From NCBI GenBank assembly GCA_040755855.1, contig JBFMAD010000007.1:64001-128000 (forward strand): DNA of 64,000 nt. The letters are read 5' to 3'. Both the position numbers and the translations under genes were made by a program. Source of the DNA: Planctomycetota bacterium. Its GTDB lineage: Bacteria; Planctomycetota; Brocadiia; JAADGH01. Below the pieces are notes generated by a model, which saw only the letters and a list, made by a program, of their open reading frames with translations, made no database searches and was not told the origin of the DNA. Of the stretch, positions 28,067-37,400 are shown in pieces; the stretch's first letter is position 1, and each line of letters begins with the position of its first letter.

Positions 28067-28984
28067 ATGGCAGAACTGCAACAACGAAAACTTGGTAAGA
28101 CGGGGATTACGCCCAAGGCCCTTGGCCTGGGATGCGCCTGGTTCGGAAGCGGCAAGAGCTCGGACTGCGATGCGATCGAGGGCATCCGTCGCGCGATAGA
28201 GTTGGGAATAGATTTCGTGGACACCTCGGCAGGCTACGGTGAGAGCGAACGCCGAGTCGGCCTGGCACTCGAAGGCGGCTGGCGCGAAAAAGTTTACCTT
28301 GAGACCAAGGTCGGCACTCATCCGGAGCGACATTTGGATTTTTCTGCACAGGCCACGCGCTGGAGCGTTGAGAACAGTCTGCGACTGCTCAAGACGGACT
28401 ACCTGGATTCGGTTCTGATCCATGATCCCTGCGACATCAAAGCGCCGCTCTCGCCGGGCCATGCGTTGGATGAGCTTCTTGCGATGAAGGAAAAGGGCAT
28501 AGTCCGCCACGTGGGTCTGGGCTGCCGCGAGCACGAGTTTCACCGCCGCGCGATCGAGACCGGCAAGGTGGAGGTTGTCCTGACCTACCTCGACTATACG
28601 CTGCTGGACCAGTCCGTTGCCGTCACAACCTTGCCAGTGGCCAAAGAGCGTGGAGTCGGCGTCATTCTGGCAAGCGTATTCGGCATGGGTTTGCTGGGCG
28701 GCAGGGAACCTGACATCAAGGCCGAGCCCCCGTCACACAGGGCGTATCTTGCTCACGCCATGTGGCGGTGGTGCCGGGACCACGGCGTCAACATCCGGCA
28801 TCTCGCCATGCAGTTTTGTCTTGCTGCGCCGATCGAGGGAATTGTGATGACCGGCCCCTACAACAAACAGAAGGTGGAGGAGTCCTTCGAAGCGGCCACG
28901 GCCGATATCCCACCCGAAGTCTGGCAGGCGTTCAAGGTGCAATTCGGAGTGGCCCCATCGGTCGCAGACCCTACCACATCCTGA
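28067..28984 (+). CDS. aldo/keto reductase
   Basis: RKLGKTG, DTSAGYG (Asp/Tyr), TKVG (Lys), SLRLLKTDYLDSVLIHDP (His). Confidence 0.92.
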   Translation: MAELQQRKLGKTGITPKALGLGCAWFGSGKSSDCDAIEGIRRAIELGIDFVDTSAGYGESERRVGLALEGGWREKVYLETKVGTHPERHLDFSAQATRWSVENSLRLLKTDYLDSVLIHDPCDIKAPLSPGHALDELLAMKEKGIVRHVGLGCREHEFHRRAIETGKVEVVLTYLDYTLLDQSVAVTTLPVAKERGVGVILASVFGMGLLGGREPDIKAEPPSHRAYLAHAMWRWCRDHGVNIRHLAMQFCLAAPIEGIVMTGPYNKQKVEESFEAATADIPPEVWQAFKVQFGVAPSVADPTTS

Positions 28985-29023
28985 ACACAGAACGGTTATC
29001 TGGCATCCGAGATGGATTTCGGC

Positions 29024-29052
29024 TTGAAGCACGGTTGGCAATTTTCTATAGT
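29024..29052 (+). promoter_or_regulatory. sigma70-type promoter of the epimerase-SDR-transaldolase unit
   Basis: TTGAAG, 17 bp, TATAGT. Confidence 0.5.
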
Positions 29053-29085
29053 TTGCGCGCGGGAGTGATTTCAGGAGATGGCCTC

Positions 29086-30822
29086 ATGGCACAATACCAG
29101 TTCGGCAGATTGAGGATTGACCCGGCGCGCAATCCCGCCGTGCTCGACACGGCCACCTGGGACCCGAACGCCGCATGGGACAAGGTCCGCGCCGCGCCCA
29201 TCTCGGCCTGGCCGAAAGCCCTTGCAGCGCCGGCCGATGATCATGGCATCGTTTCTGTGCACGATGGCATTGTGCTTTGCGCAGGATCATGGGTGCGCTG
29301 CGGGATGACGAATTGGTCGCTGGGGCGGCTGAACGACGGACAGTATCTTCTGCTGGCAATCGGCGCCCGTCCCCCTCTCAAAGTCCCTCGCGCGCCGATA
29401 GGCGAACTTGTCTTGACGGAAGGGGAGCGGCTTATAGGGGTTCCCGCCGACGCCGAAATCGTGGATTGGTTCGTGAGCACGCTCAATCCCGACAAGGGAC
29501 CGAAGGCGCTGGGGGCGATTCCGAGGCTGGGGATTGGCACGCGAATGTCCACGTCCGTCTGGCCGAGCGTATGGCCCGCCCTAACTCGAACAGGCCTCGC
29601 GGCGAATACCATCCAGAACTCCGTGCGCGAACTCAATGTGCTGGGCGATCTGCTCGCAGGCCGTCCCGCAGAGAGTAACTTCATGTTCGGGTTTGGAACC
29701 TTGTATGAAGGACACACCGGCAGCACATTCGAGGGCCTATGGCTGGCCGGCGTCTTGGCCGCACTGGAGTCTGGTTGCAAGGTCCGATATGGGGCTGACG
29801 CCGACCACATTATGGTGAAGCGCACGCCTGACGGTCTGGATCGCGCCCGGCGCGTGATTGACGCCGCACGGCGCTATACATTCTATACGTTGGACGTTTC
29901 GGACATTCTCGACTACGAGGCCATCGGCGGCGACAAGGAGGTTGACCTGGCTGCGCTTATTGCAAGCCATGAGGAGCGCCAAGACCTTCTTGCCTTTCAC
30001 ACCGGCAAAGGCGGTCCCGCCGGACCAATGACCGAGGCGACCGTCGCATGCATGGTCGGCAAATACGCAGCTGCGTTGTCGGCGCTGGCAGAACTGGCCG
30101 AGCACATCCGCAAGTTGAAGCGCGACGCGCCATTCGATCTCGAGTTGAGCATAGATGAAACCCCGCCGGGAGTAAATCCCCTGCACTGCACGACCACAGA
30201 AGAGGAACTGAGCTTCCTTCTGGGAGAGATTCGTCGCCGGGGTCTGCCCGTTACCCATATTGCACCCAATTTTGGGGTCGAGAAGGGCGTTGATTACAGA
30301 GGGGCGGATGGCCTGGCGGGTCTCGGTCGGCGGGTTCGGGGACTGTATTCACTCGCCAATGAAGAAGGCATCCTGCTGGATTGTCACTCCGGTGACGACT
30401 TGACTTCGGCAACCCGGCGTACTGTGGGCGCGGCGGCGGGCGGCGACATCCACTTCAAGATTTCGCCCGTGCTTCAATTGCTTTTTGCGAAAGTGCTGCA
30501 CGAGGTGTGCTTCGACCGTTTTCTGTTCTGGTGGGAGGACACGATGGCCTATGTCCGAGAGGAGGCCGGGAAGGGATCGGAGCTTGCTGCCCGGTGTCTC
30601 CGACAATACGAGGAATCGGGCGCTCAACGCCGGCCATCCCCCTCGCACCCGCTATTCCATTACTACAGTTTCGCCACCGTCGGCCGGCGGGATGCCGGCG
30701 GCCAGTTTGTGTATCGCGAAAGGTTCTACGACCTGCCGACGGAATTTGGCGCGGAATACACGCGACGGGTAACGAACCTGCTCGGCGAGATTATCGGGGA
30801 CCTGTTCTACCCGGATCGTTGA
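29086..30822 (+). CDS. tagaturonate/fructuronate epimerase (UxaE) family protein, divergent
   Basis: QNSVREL, YGADADH, YTFYTLD, FDLELSIDE, HIAPNFGVEKGVDY, HSGDD, HFKIS. Confidence 0.75.
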   Translation: MAQYQFGRLRIDPARNPAVLDTATWDPNAAWDKVRAAPISAWPKALAAPADDHGIVSVHDGIVLCAGSWVRCGMTNWSLGRLNDGQYLLLAIGARPPLKVPRAPIGELVLTEGERLIGVPADAEIVDWFVSTLNPDKGPKALGAIPRLGIGTRMSTSVWPSVWPALTRTGLAANTIQNSVRELNVLGDLLAGRPAESNFMFGFGTLYEGHTGSTFEGLWLAGVLAALESGCKVRYGADADHIMVKRTPDGLDRARRVIDAARRYTFYTLDVSDILDYEAIGGDKEVDLAALIASHEERQDLLAFHTGKGGPAGPMTEATVACMVGKYAAALSALAELAEHIRKLKRDAPFDLELSIDETPPGVNPLHCTTTEEELSFLLGEIRRRGLPVTHIAPNFGVEKGVDYRGADGLAGLGRRVRGLYSLANEEGILLDCHSGDDLTSATRRTVGAAAGGDIHFKISPVLQLLFAKVLHEVCFDRFLFWWEDTMAYVREEAGKGSELAARCLRQYEESGAQRRPSPSHPLFHYYSFATVGRRDAGGQFVYRERFYDLPTEFGAEYTRRVTNLLGEIIGDLFYPDR

Positions 30823-30873
30823 ATGGAAATGGGCGGCGCGTTGGACCGCCACGAGGAAACACGAGGAGGAGGT

Positions 30874-31695
30874 ATGCAACCGCGATTTGCAGGGAAGATC
30901 GCCGTCGTGACGGGCGGTGCGCAGGGGCTGGGGAAGGCGGTCGCGCTTCGCCTGGCGAGCGAGGGCGCCGACGTGGCCGCCGTGGACATCAAGGCGAACC
31001 TCGTCAACCAGACCGCAGAGGAGATCCGCTCCCTGGGTCGGCGCGCGCTGGCCTGTTCCGCCAATCTCGCCCGGCTCGCGGAGATTCCTCCACTGCTCGA
31101 ACGCATTGTCGCCGAGTTCGGGAGGATCGACATCCTAGTCAACGCGGCCGGTGTGCTCCAGGTAAAGCCGTTTCTCGAAGTGACGGAAGCGGACTGGAAT
31201 TTAATCATGGACGTCAACCAGAAGAGCTTGGTCTTCCTGATCCAGGCCGTTGCGGCACGCATGATCGAGCAGGCGCCCTCCAAGATGAAGGCCGCAGGCC
31301 GCTCAACCCCGAGTTATGGGAAAATCGTGAATTTCTCATCCATCTCGGGACGCCGTGGCCGGGAGCTTCAGGTGCACTATGCGGCGAGCAAGGCGGCGGT
31401 TATCAGCATCACCCAATCCGCCGCATTGGCGTTTGCGCCGTACAACATCAACGTGAATGCTGTCGCCCCGGGCGTGATCCCGACGGCCATGTGGGAGCAG
31501 AATGAGCGGGAACGCAGTAAAATCTTTGGGACGCCGCAGGGCAAGTCCATGCAGGAATTCATCGAGCGAATCCCGCTCAAACGCCCCGGCACGCCGGAGG
31601 ACGTGGCCGGCGCGGTGGTCTTTCTCTGTTCATCAGACGCAGATTACATCACCGGCCAGACGCTGAATGTGGATGGCGGATTCGAAATGGATTGA
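30874..31695 (+). CDS. short-chain dehydrogenase/reductase (polyol/sorbitol dehydrogenase-like, NAD-type)
   Basis: SD GGAGGAGG, TGGAQGLG, acidic VDI after beta2, YAASK, NVNAVAPG, ITGQTLNVDGG. Confidence 0.92.
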   Translation: MQPRFAGKIAVVTGGAQGLGKAVALRLASEGADVAAVDIKANLVNQTAEEIRSLGRRALACSANLARLAEIPPLLERIVAEFGRIDILVNAAGVLQVKPFLEVTEADWNLIMDVNQKSLVFLIQAVAARMIEQAPSKMKAAGRSTPSYGKIVNFSSISGRRGRELQVHYAASKAAVISITQSAALAFAPYNINVNAVAPGVIPTAMWEQNERERSKIFGTPQGKSMQEFIERIPLKRPGTPEDVAGAVVFLCSSDADYITGQTLNVDGGFEMD

Positions 31696-31729
31696 TCGTT
31701 TGCACATGAATGCCAGAAGCGGAGTAGAG

Positions 31730-33118
31730 ATGGAGAACCAAAGGCTTGCATTGCGCGAACAACTGCTGTTCAAAACTTCTGTGGACCGTTTTTCCGTGTC
31801 GTGCGGCGATATCCGTCGCCGCCTGTCACGCGAATTCGCCAAAGCCGATGAGGCGCGGCGAGCCGATCTCCTCGACACGCTGGCCGAGCTCACGATTGAT
31901 CTCCAATCCTACCTGATCCGATGGCATCTTCAAGACCCGAAAGCAATGGAACGCTTATCCGACGATGAACTGGCGAAAGCGGTTGATGAGAACATGGCGC
32001 TCCTGAAGAAGTGGGGCTGCGAGAAGGCACTCGAACACGTGAAAGCAGAGGTCGAGTCCATCCGCCGAAGCAGTCTCGCACGGCTCTCGGCCACGTCGGA
32101 CCGAGGGGAGATCAACACGCGCTGGGGGAATGACTACCCGCTGGGTCTCACCCGCACCCTCCGTCGGGGGGCCATCCTGGTCACCACCAATCCGCCCCTC
32201 GTCAACATCGCTCGAAAGGAGGAGCCGAAGGTGTGGGACGCCGTTCGGGACGAGCTCCGACGTCGTCACCCCGGGGCATCGGCGGATCGCCTGGTGTCTC
32301 TTCTCACGATGCGAGTGGTGCTGCGCAACTGTCGCGAGCTGCGACCGATATACGAGGTCAGCGGTCGCCGCCTCGGATACGTGAACCTCCAGGTCAATCC
32401 AAAGAACGCGACGCATCCCGAGGCGATGATCGCCGAGGCGGAGTTTCTCTATGAGGAGATGAAGCGCGAGCTGAAGGGCCGTCCGAACGTCGTTTTCAAA
32501 CTGCCGGGGACGAAGGAGGCCCTTCCCGCCGCGGCGCATCTCACGGCGAAGGGGATCGGGGTCAGCATCACGCTGGGCTTCGCGGTGGATCAGCACTTGG
32601 CGTTTGCGGAGGTGATCGAGCGCGGAACGGCGGAATTGTCGTTTGTGGTCATGATGACGGGCAGGCTTGATGATCCGATCCGCGAGGAGCTCGCTACCGG
32701 AGGAATGCCGGACGCCGCGGAAACGGCCCGTTGGGCCAGTACAGCAGTGATACGGCGCTCCTACGACCTCCTATACCGGCAGCGTAAGTATCGGAGGTCC
32801 GCTCTCCTCGTGGCTTCATTGCGCGGCCCATGGGCCATCGAAGCCGCACTCACCGATGAGGAAGCGCCCATCTATGTGACGGCTTTTCCCGACAAGGCGG
32901 CGGAGTATGATGCGGGGGAGCGCTGCATCGTCTCCTGTATTCGAGAATCTTTGCCGGAAAAGATCATGAGCCGCCTGCGGAAAAGCCGCCTTTTCGCGCA
33001 GGCCTACGACGTGGGCGGCCTGACCCCTGCCGGGTTTGGCGAGTTCCTCCCGGTCCAAAAAACACAAGACGCCTTCGTCAGTGCCTGGAAAGAATTGGAT
33101 GCCTACGTTCAGGCTTGA
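31730..33118 (+). CDS. transaldolase/fructose-6-phosphate aldolase family protein with N-terminal helical extension
   Basis: VTTNPPL, Schiff-base Lys in VFKLPGT, ITLGFAVDQ, GRLDD, VASLR. Confidence 0.8.
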   Translation: MENQRLALREQLLFKTSVDRFSVSCGDIRRRLSREFAKADEARRADLLDTLAELTIDLQSYLIRWHLQDPKAMERLSDDELAKAVDENMALLKKWGCEKALEHVKAEVESIRRSSLARLSATSDRGEINTRWGNDYPLGLTRTLRRGAILVTTNPPLVNIARKEEPKVWDAVRDELRRRHPGASADRLVSLLTMRVVLRNCRELRPIYEVSGRRLGYVNLQVNPKNATHPEAMIAEAEFLYEEMKRELKGRPNVVFKLPGTKEALPAAAHLTAKGIGVSITLGFAVDQHLAFAEVIERGTAELSFVVMMTGRLDDPIREELATGGMPDAAETARWASTAVIRRSYDLLYRQRKYRRSALLVASLRGPWAIEAALTDEEAPIYVTAFPDKAAEYDAGERCIVSCIRESLPEKIMSRLRKSRLFAQAYDVGGLTPAGFGEFLPVQKTQDAFVSAWKELDAYVQA

Positions 33119-33254
33119 TCGCTGCGCCGCGTGGTTTCGTTTTTGCTTTATCCCCTGCCGTGTAATTTGACGGTTGAGTATCCGCAGGGTTTGACTTATC
33201 ATTCATGCTCCATCTCCGGAGTATCGTCCATGGATTCGTTTGGGAAAGGAGAGC

Positions 33255-34253
33255 ATGATGGCAGGCAAGGTGCGGTACGGCGTGATCGGCACGGCGAAGA
33301 TCGGTCGGACGGCGCTGATTCCGGGGGCGCAGAAAACGACGAACTCCGAGGTCGTCGCCATCTCCAGCCGGGACAAGGCGAAGGCCGAGAAATGCGCGAA
33401 GGACCTGGGCATCCCGAAGGCGTATGGATCGTACGAGGACGTCCTGCACGCCCCCGATGTGGACGCCGTGATCATTCCCCTGCCCAACGGCCTGCATTGC
33501 GAATGGACGGTGAAGGCCGCGGAAGCGGGCAAGCACATCCTCTGCGAGAAGCCCCTGGCCGTAACGGTGGAGGAGGCGGAGCGGATGATCGACGCGGCGA
33601 AGGGGAACCACGTGCTCCTGATGGAGGCGTTTATGTATCGCTTCCACCCGCAGCATACATTCGTCAAAGAGAAACTTGCCTCCGGCGCCATCGGCGGCAT
33701 CAAGATCGTCCGGGCCGAGTTCAGCTACTTCCTCGGCGACTGGGAGACGAACATCCGCGCCAGCGGCCCGCTGCACGGCGGCGGCCTTATGGACGTGGGC
33801 TGCTACGCCGTCAACGCCCTCCGCTTCCTGATGGGGGATGAGCCCATCAGCGTCCAGGCCTATCAGCGCTTCGACGAGGCCCACGGTGTCGACGGCACGT
33901 TCGTTGGGATCATGAAATTCCCCGGCGACCGGATGGGAATCCTCTGTTCCGGCATGGAGGAGTTCGGCCGGAACCGATACGAGATCATCGGGACCACAGG
34001 CCAGATCGACGCGCCCAACGCCTTTACGGGCGGCGGACGCGAAACGACGGTGACGGTGATCTGCGGCAAGGACACGACCGTCGAGAAGTTCGCCGGCGTC
34101 AACCAATATCAGGCGGAGATCGAGCACTTCTCCGATTGCATCCTGAACGGCAAGGCACCGATGCTCTCGCCGGAGGACGCGAAGAAGAATACGGCGGTGA
34201 TTGTGGCGCTCAAGCAGGCGGCTCGGGAGGAGAGGGCGGTGGCGGTGGGTTGA
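33255..34253 (+). CDS. Gfo/Idh/MocA family oxidoreductase
   Basis: GVIGTAKIG, LPNGLH, HILCEKP, EAFMYRFHP, GGGLMDVGCY. Confidence 0.93.
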   Translation: MMAGKVRYGVIGTAKIGRTALIPGAQKTTNSEVVAISSRDKAKAEKCAKDLGIPKAYGSYEDVLHAPDVDAVIIPLPNGLHCEWTVKAAEAGKHILCEKPLAVTVEEAERMIDAAKGNHVLLMEAFMYRFHPQHTFVKEKLASGAIGGIKIVRAEFSYFLGDWETNIRASGPLHGGGLMDVGCYAVNALRFLMGDEPISVQAYQRFDEAHGVDGTFVGIMKFPGDRMGILCSGMEEFGRNRYEIIGTTGQIDAPNAFTGGGRETTVTVICGKDTTVEKFAGVNQYQAEIEHFSDCILNGKAPMLSPEDAKKNTAVIVALKQAAREERAVAVG

Positions 34254-34496
34254 TTCACATCTCAGTCCGGCTCCGCCATGTTTACCAGTCCGGCTTGCCG
34301 CGGTCGAGCAGGATATAGATGCAAGCGCCAGAGAAACTCAAGAAGAATATCCGAGGGGCAGCCGGCATCGGCCGGTGGGGGCGTCTTCAGAGGGATTGCC
34401 CGGGGAATTTATAGACGGTTGGCAAGGGGGATAATCACCTCTATTCCTCCCTGGGCTTGGGAAGTCCATCTACACAGCAACCGAAATCCGACAGGT

Positions 34497-37400
34497 TTAC
34501 GGATACCCGATGTGCCGGTTGAAGGCGTTGATGGGTGTTACAAGCCCGCCGACCGTCTTGCCGACCCGCAGCGTGTTGTCCACTCCGCCGCCAGTGCCTC
34601 CGTCGCCGATGTTCCCGCTGAAGACGCCAGCGACCGTCACATCCCCAAACACCCCAGCCAGCAGATCGCCAGTCAGGTCGCCCACGATCGTGATCCCCGT
34701 CTTCCGCGCGCTACGAACAATATCAATCACACCCGCCATCTCGCCGCACACAAGGATTGCCCTCGTCAGGTCTCGGCCCAGCGTCACCGTTGATCCCGCC
34801 TCCACGCCCGGCGTCCCAATCCCAGCCAACATAAGGGCCTGCGACACGTTTCCGCCCAGCATCACCGTCGTTCCCCCCGCCAGCCCGCCGATCACCTTGA
34901 GCATCCCCGTCGTCCCCGTCACGTTCACCGTCGCACCGTTCACGCCCATCGTCACTAATATGCGAGCGATATTACCGCCGACCTCCATCGTGTTGCCCGC
35001 CAGCGGGCCGCCCGTCACCGTCCCGTTGACGTGAAAAGTCATCGCATCGCCCCCCGATCGAAACTGGCTGTTCGTCATGTCGCCGCTGCAGAACAAATAT
35101 CCAACCGACGCTGTCCCGATGGCGTAGGAATCGCTCAGCGAGCCAGCCAAAAAATAGTTCAAGTTCGCCGCACGGAATACGCTGTTCGTCATCGCCCCGC
35201 TCACCCTGCCGAGGGACAGCGTCCCGCCGACGATGAAGGCCGAACCATCCATCGGGCCGACCACAATCGCCCGCCCCATATCGCCGCCGGGACCGACGAA
35301 GGTGTTGCTGACGCCGCCCAGGTTCATGAACTTGGTCAGGTCGCCGGCTACGTTCACGTTGATAGTGTCCGCCGCCCCAACGATCTGGAGGAAGGTCAAG
35401 TCACCCCCGACAGTGATGCCGGTATCCTGCACGACACCGAGGCGGTTGAGAAACCGGATGGTGCCCAGCGACTCCCCGCCCGCCGTCTGCATCGTCCCCG
35501 CCGTCATCGTGTTCGGCGTATCGAGCGGGTCGAGGTCTTTGACCATGAACATTGTTCTAGCGTCCGTGCCGGCGAAAGCAACAGAGACAATGTCGCTGCC
35601 GTCCAGCACTGTGACAGCGGCTTGGCCCAGCCCCCGGAAGATCAGGAAAATCCGATCCCCGTCGGCATCGGTAAATATGTGACGCGGATTCTGGCGGCTC
35701 AGCACAACGCCGCCTGGTATCCCCGCTTCGCAGTTTGCCACTGTTACATCCCGGAATCCCGCTTGCGTCCATGCACCGTTTGGGTCGGGCGGGAAACCGG
35801 GAGGCGGGGTTCCCGGACCAAAGTACGTGAAGGTATCCACACCATTGCCGCCGTCAACGGTAATCGGCGAATTGGGAGAAGGGTTCACAAGGATGCTATC
35901 GTCACCGTCTCGCCCGTCAATGATCACCTGTGCGAATAACTGCGCATCGAGCGGCCCGACCGCGATGGCGTCGTTCCCGGCCCCGAGGTCGTCGCCATTG
36001 ACGATCAAGAGGCCGAGAGGATCAGGACTTCGGAAGGTGACCGTCTCACTCGATGCCACACTGGAGATCTCGCAGTAGTTGTCGTTCGGCGTGGCGTCGT
36101 CGGACAGGGTGATGACATCGGCGGTATCGGGGAACGTGAACTCTAGGTCTGTCGCGACCAGCCGGTCCACAATCGGCTCCAGCCCGGTAAAGGTGATCGT
36201 GGACGTGTTTGCGACGAAGGACACGCGCACCTCTCCATTATTCGCGTTTGCGAATGTATAGGCCACGAGGTCGGCCGTCCCGGCGAGGAGTTCCATCGAG
36301 TCGCTGCCTGTGCCGCCGTGGAATGTCATCGGCAGGTTCGGGACGCCGGACGTGAAATCCATCCTCAGCAGATCGTCTCCGGCTCCGACATCCATCGTGG
36401 TACTGACCAATGCGGTCACGTCGTTTACGATAACCGTGTCATTGCCCGAACCGATCATGAGGGCGAACTCGTCGAGGTCCCCGCCGAATGGCCCCGGCGC
36501 ATCCGCGTAGGTAATGGCTGTCGGCGAGAGTCCCGCAATGACCACGCCGGGACCTACATCGGTAATTGTGCCCACATTCCCGGCTGTATCGCCCGTGTCA
36601 TCAATCTGGAGGATGCCGTATCCCGTGAATGTGAAATCGAGCTGCACTTGCCCAAGAATGGCGCTCAGGTCGCCCGTTCCATCCCCGAAGTCGGCTGTGG
36701 TATTGCCCACAGTTGTTATGCCGATGTAGCTGTCATAGGTCATCTCGATAAAGGAAAACATCCCTGCGGGGCTGCTGAGGATGTCAAGGGTGACATTTGC
36801 CCAATTGGCCGCGTCAAAGAAGAGATCTTCGATCTCGCTGTAGGCAATTGGCGCACTGGATGCGCCGGTGATGCTGCTGTCTGTGAATGTAATCAGATCG
36901 TCAATCAAGGAATCTCGGTCAACTAAAAACCACTCATCGCCATTGATCTCTCCGGTTTCCCCTCCGACGACCTCCATAGGCCCGCGGATATTGTCCAACA
37001 GCCCGGCCCACTCGCCCAGGCCGAAATGATCGTCCCCCCCCTGCCCGAACAGCCGGAGCGTCACGGTACCGCCCATGGCGTTCACCAGGAAAAGCTCATT
37101 CTGATCGTCATCGGGGTTGACCGTCCCGCCCGTCAGTTCATTGCCATAGAGATCGAGAACCGTGAGGCCACCGGCGGGGTTTGGATTGTTGACGATGAAT
37201 TCATCCATGCTGTCCATGGCGTTGAAGGTCACGACGGTCTTGTTGGCGAACTCAATGCTCTCGAAGAGGTTGCCCACATGGGAGATCCGGGTCGTCGTGA
37301 AGCCGCCCGCGCCCGCGCCCGCGCCATCCGCCACATCCACAGTGTCCATTCCTGGAGTCCCGAAAATGTCCAATTGCATGGCGGGGATCGTGTCAATGAT

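Noticed and set aside
27826..28224. N-terminal 133 aa of the 1245-aa ORF
   Set aside because: It overlaps the AKR gene and divergent promoters. The signal peptide begins at GTG 27825.
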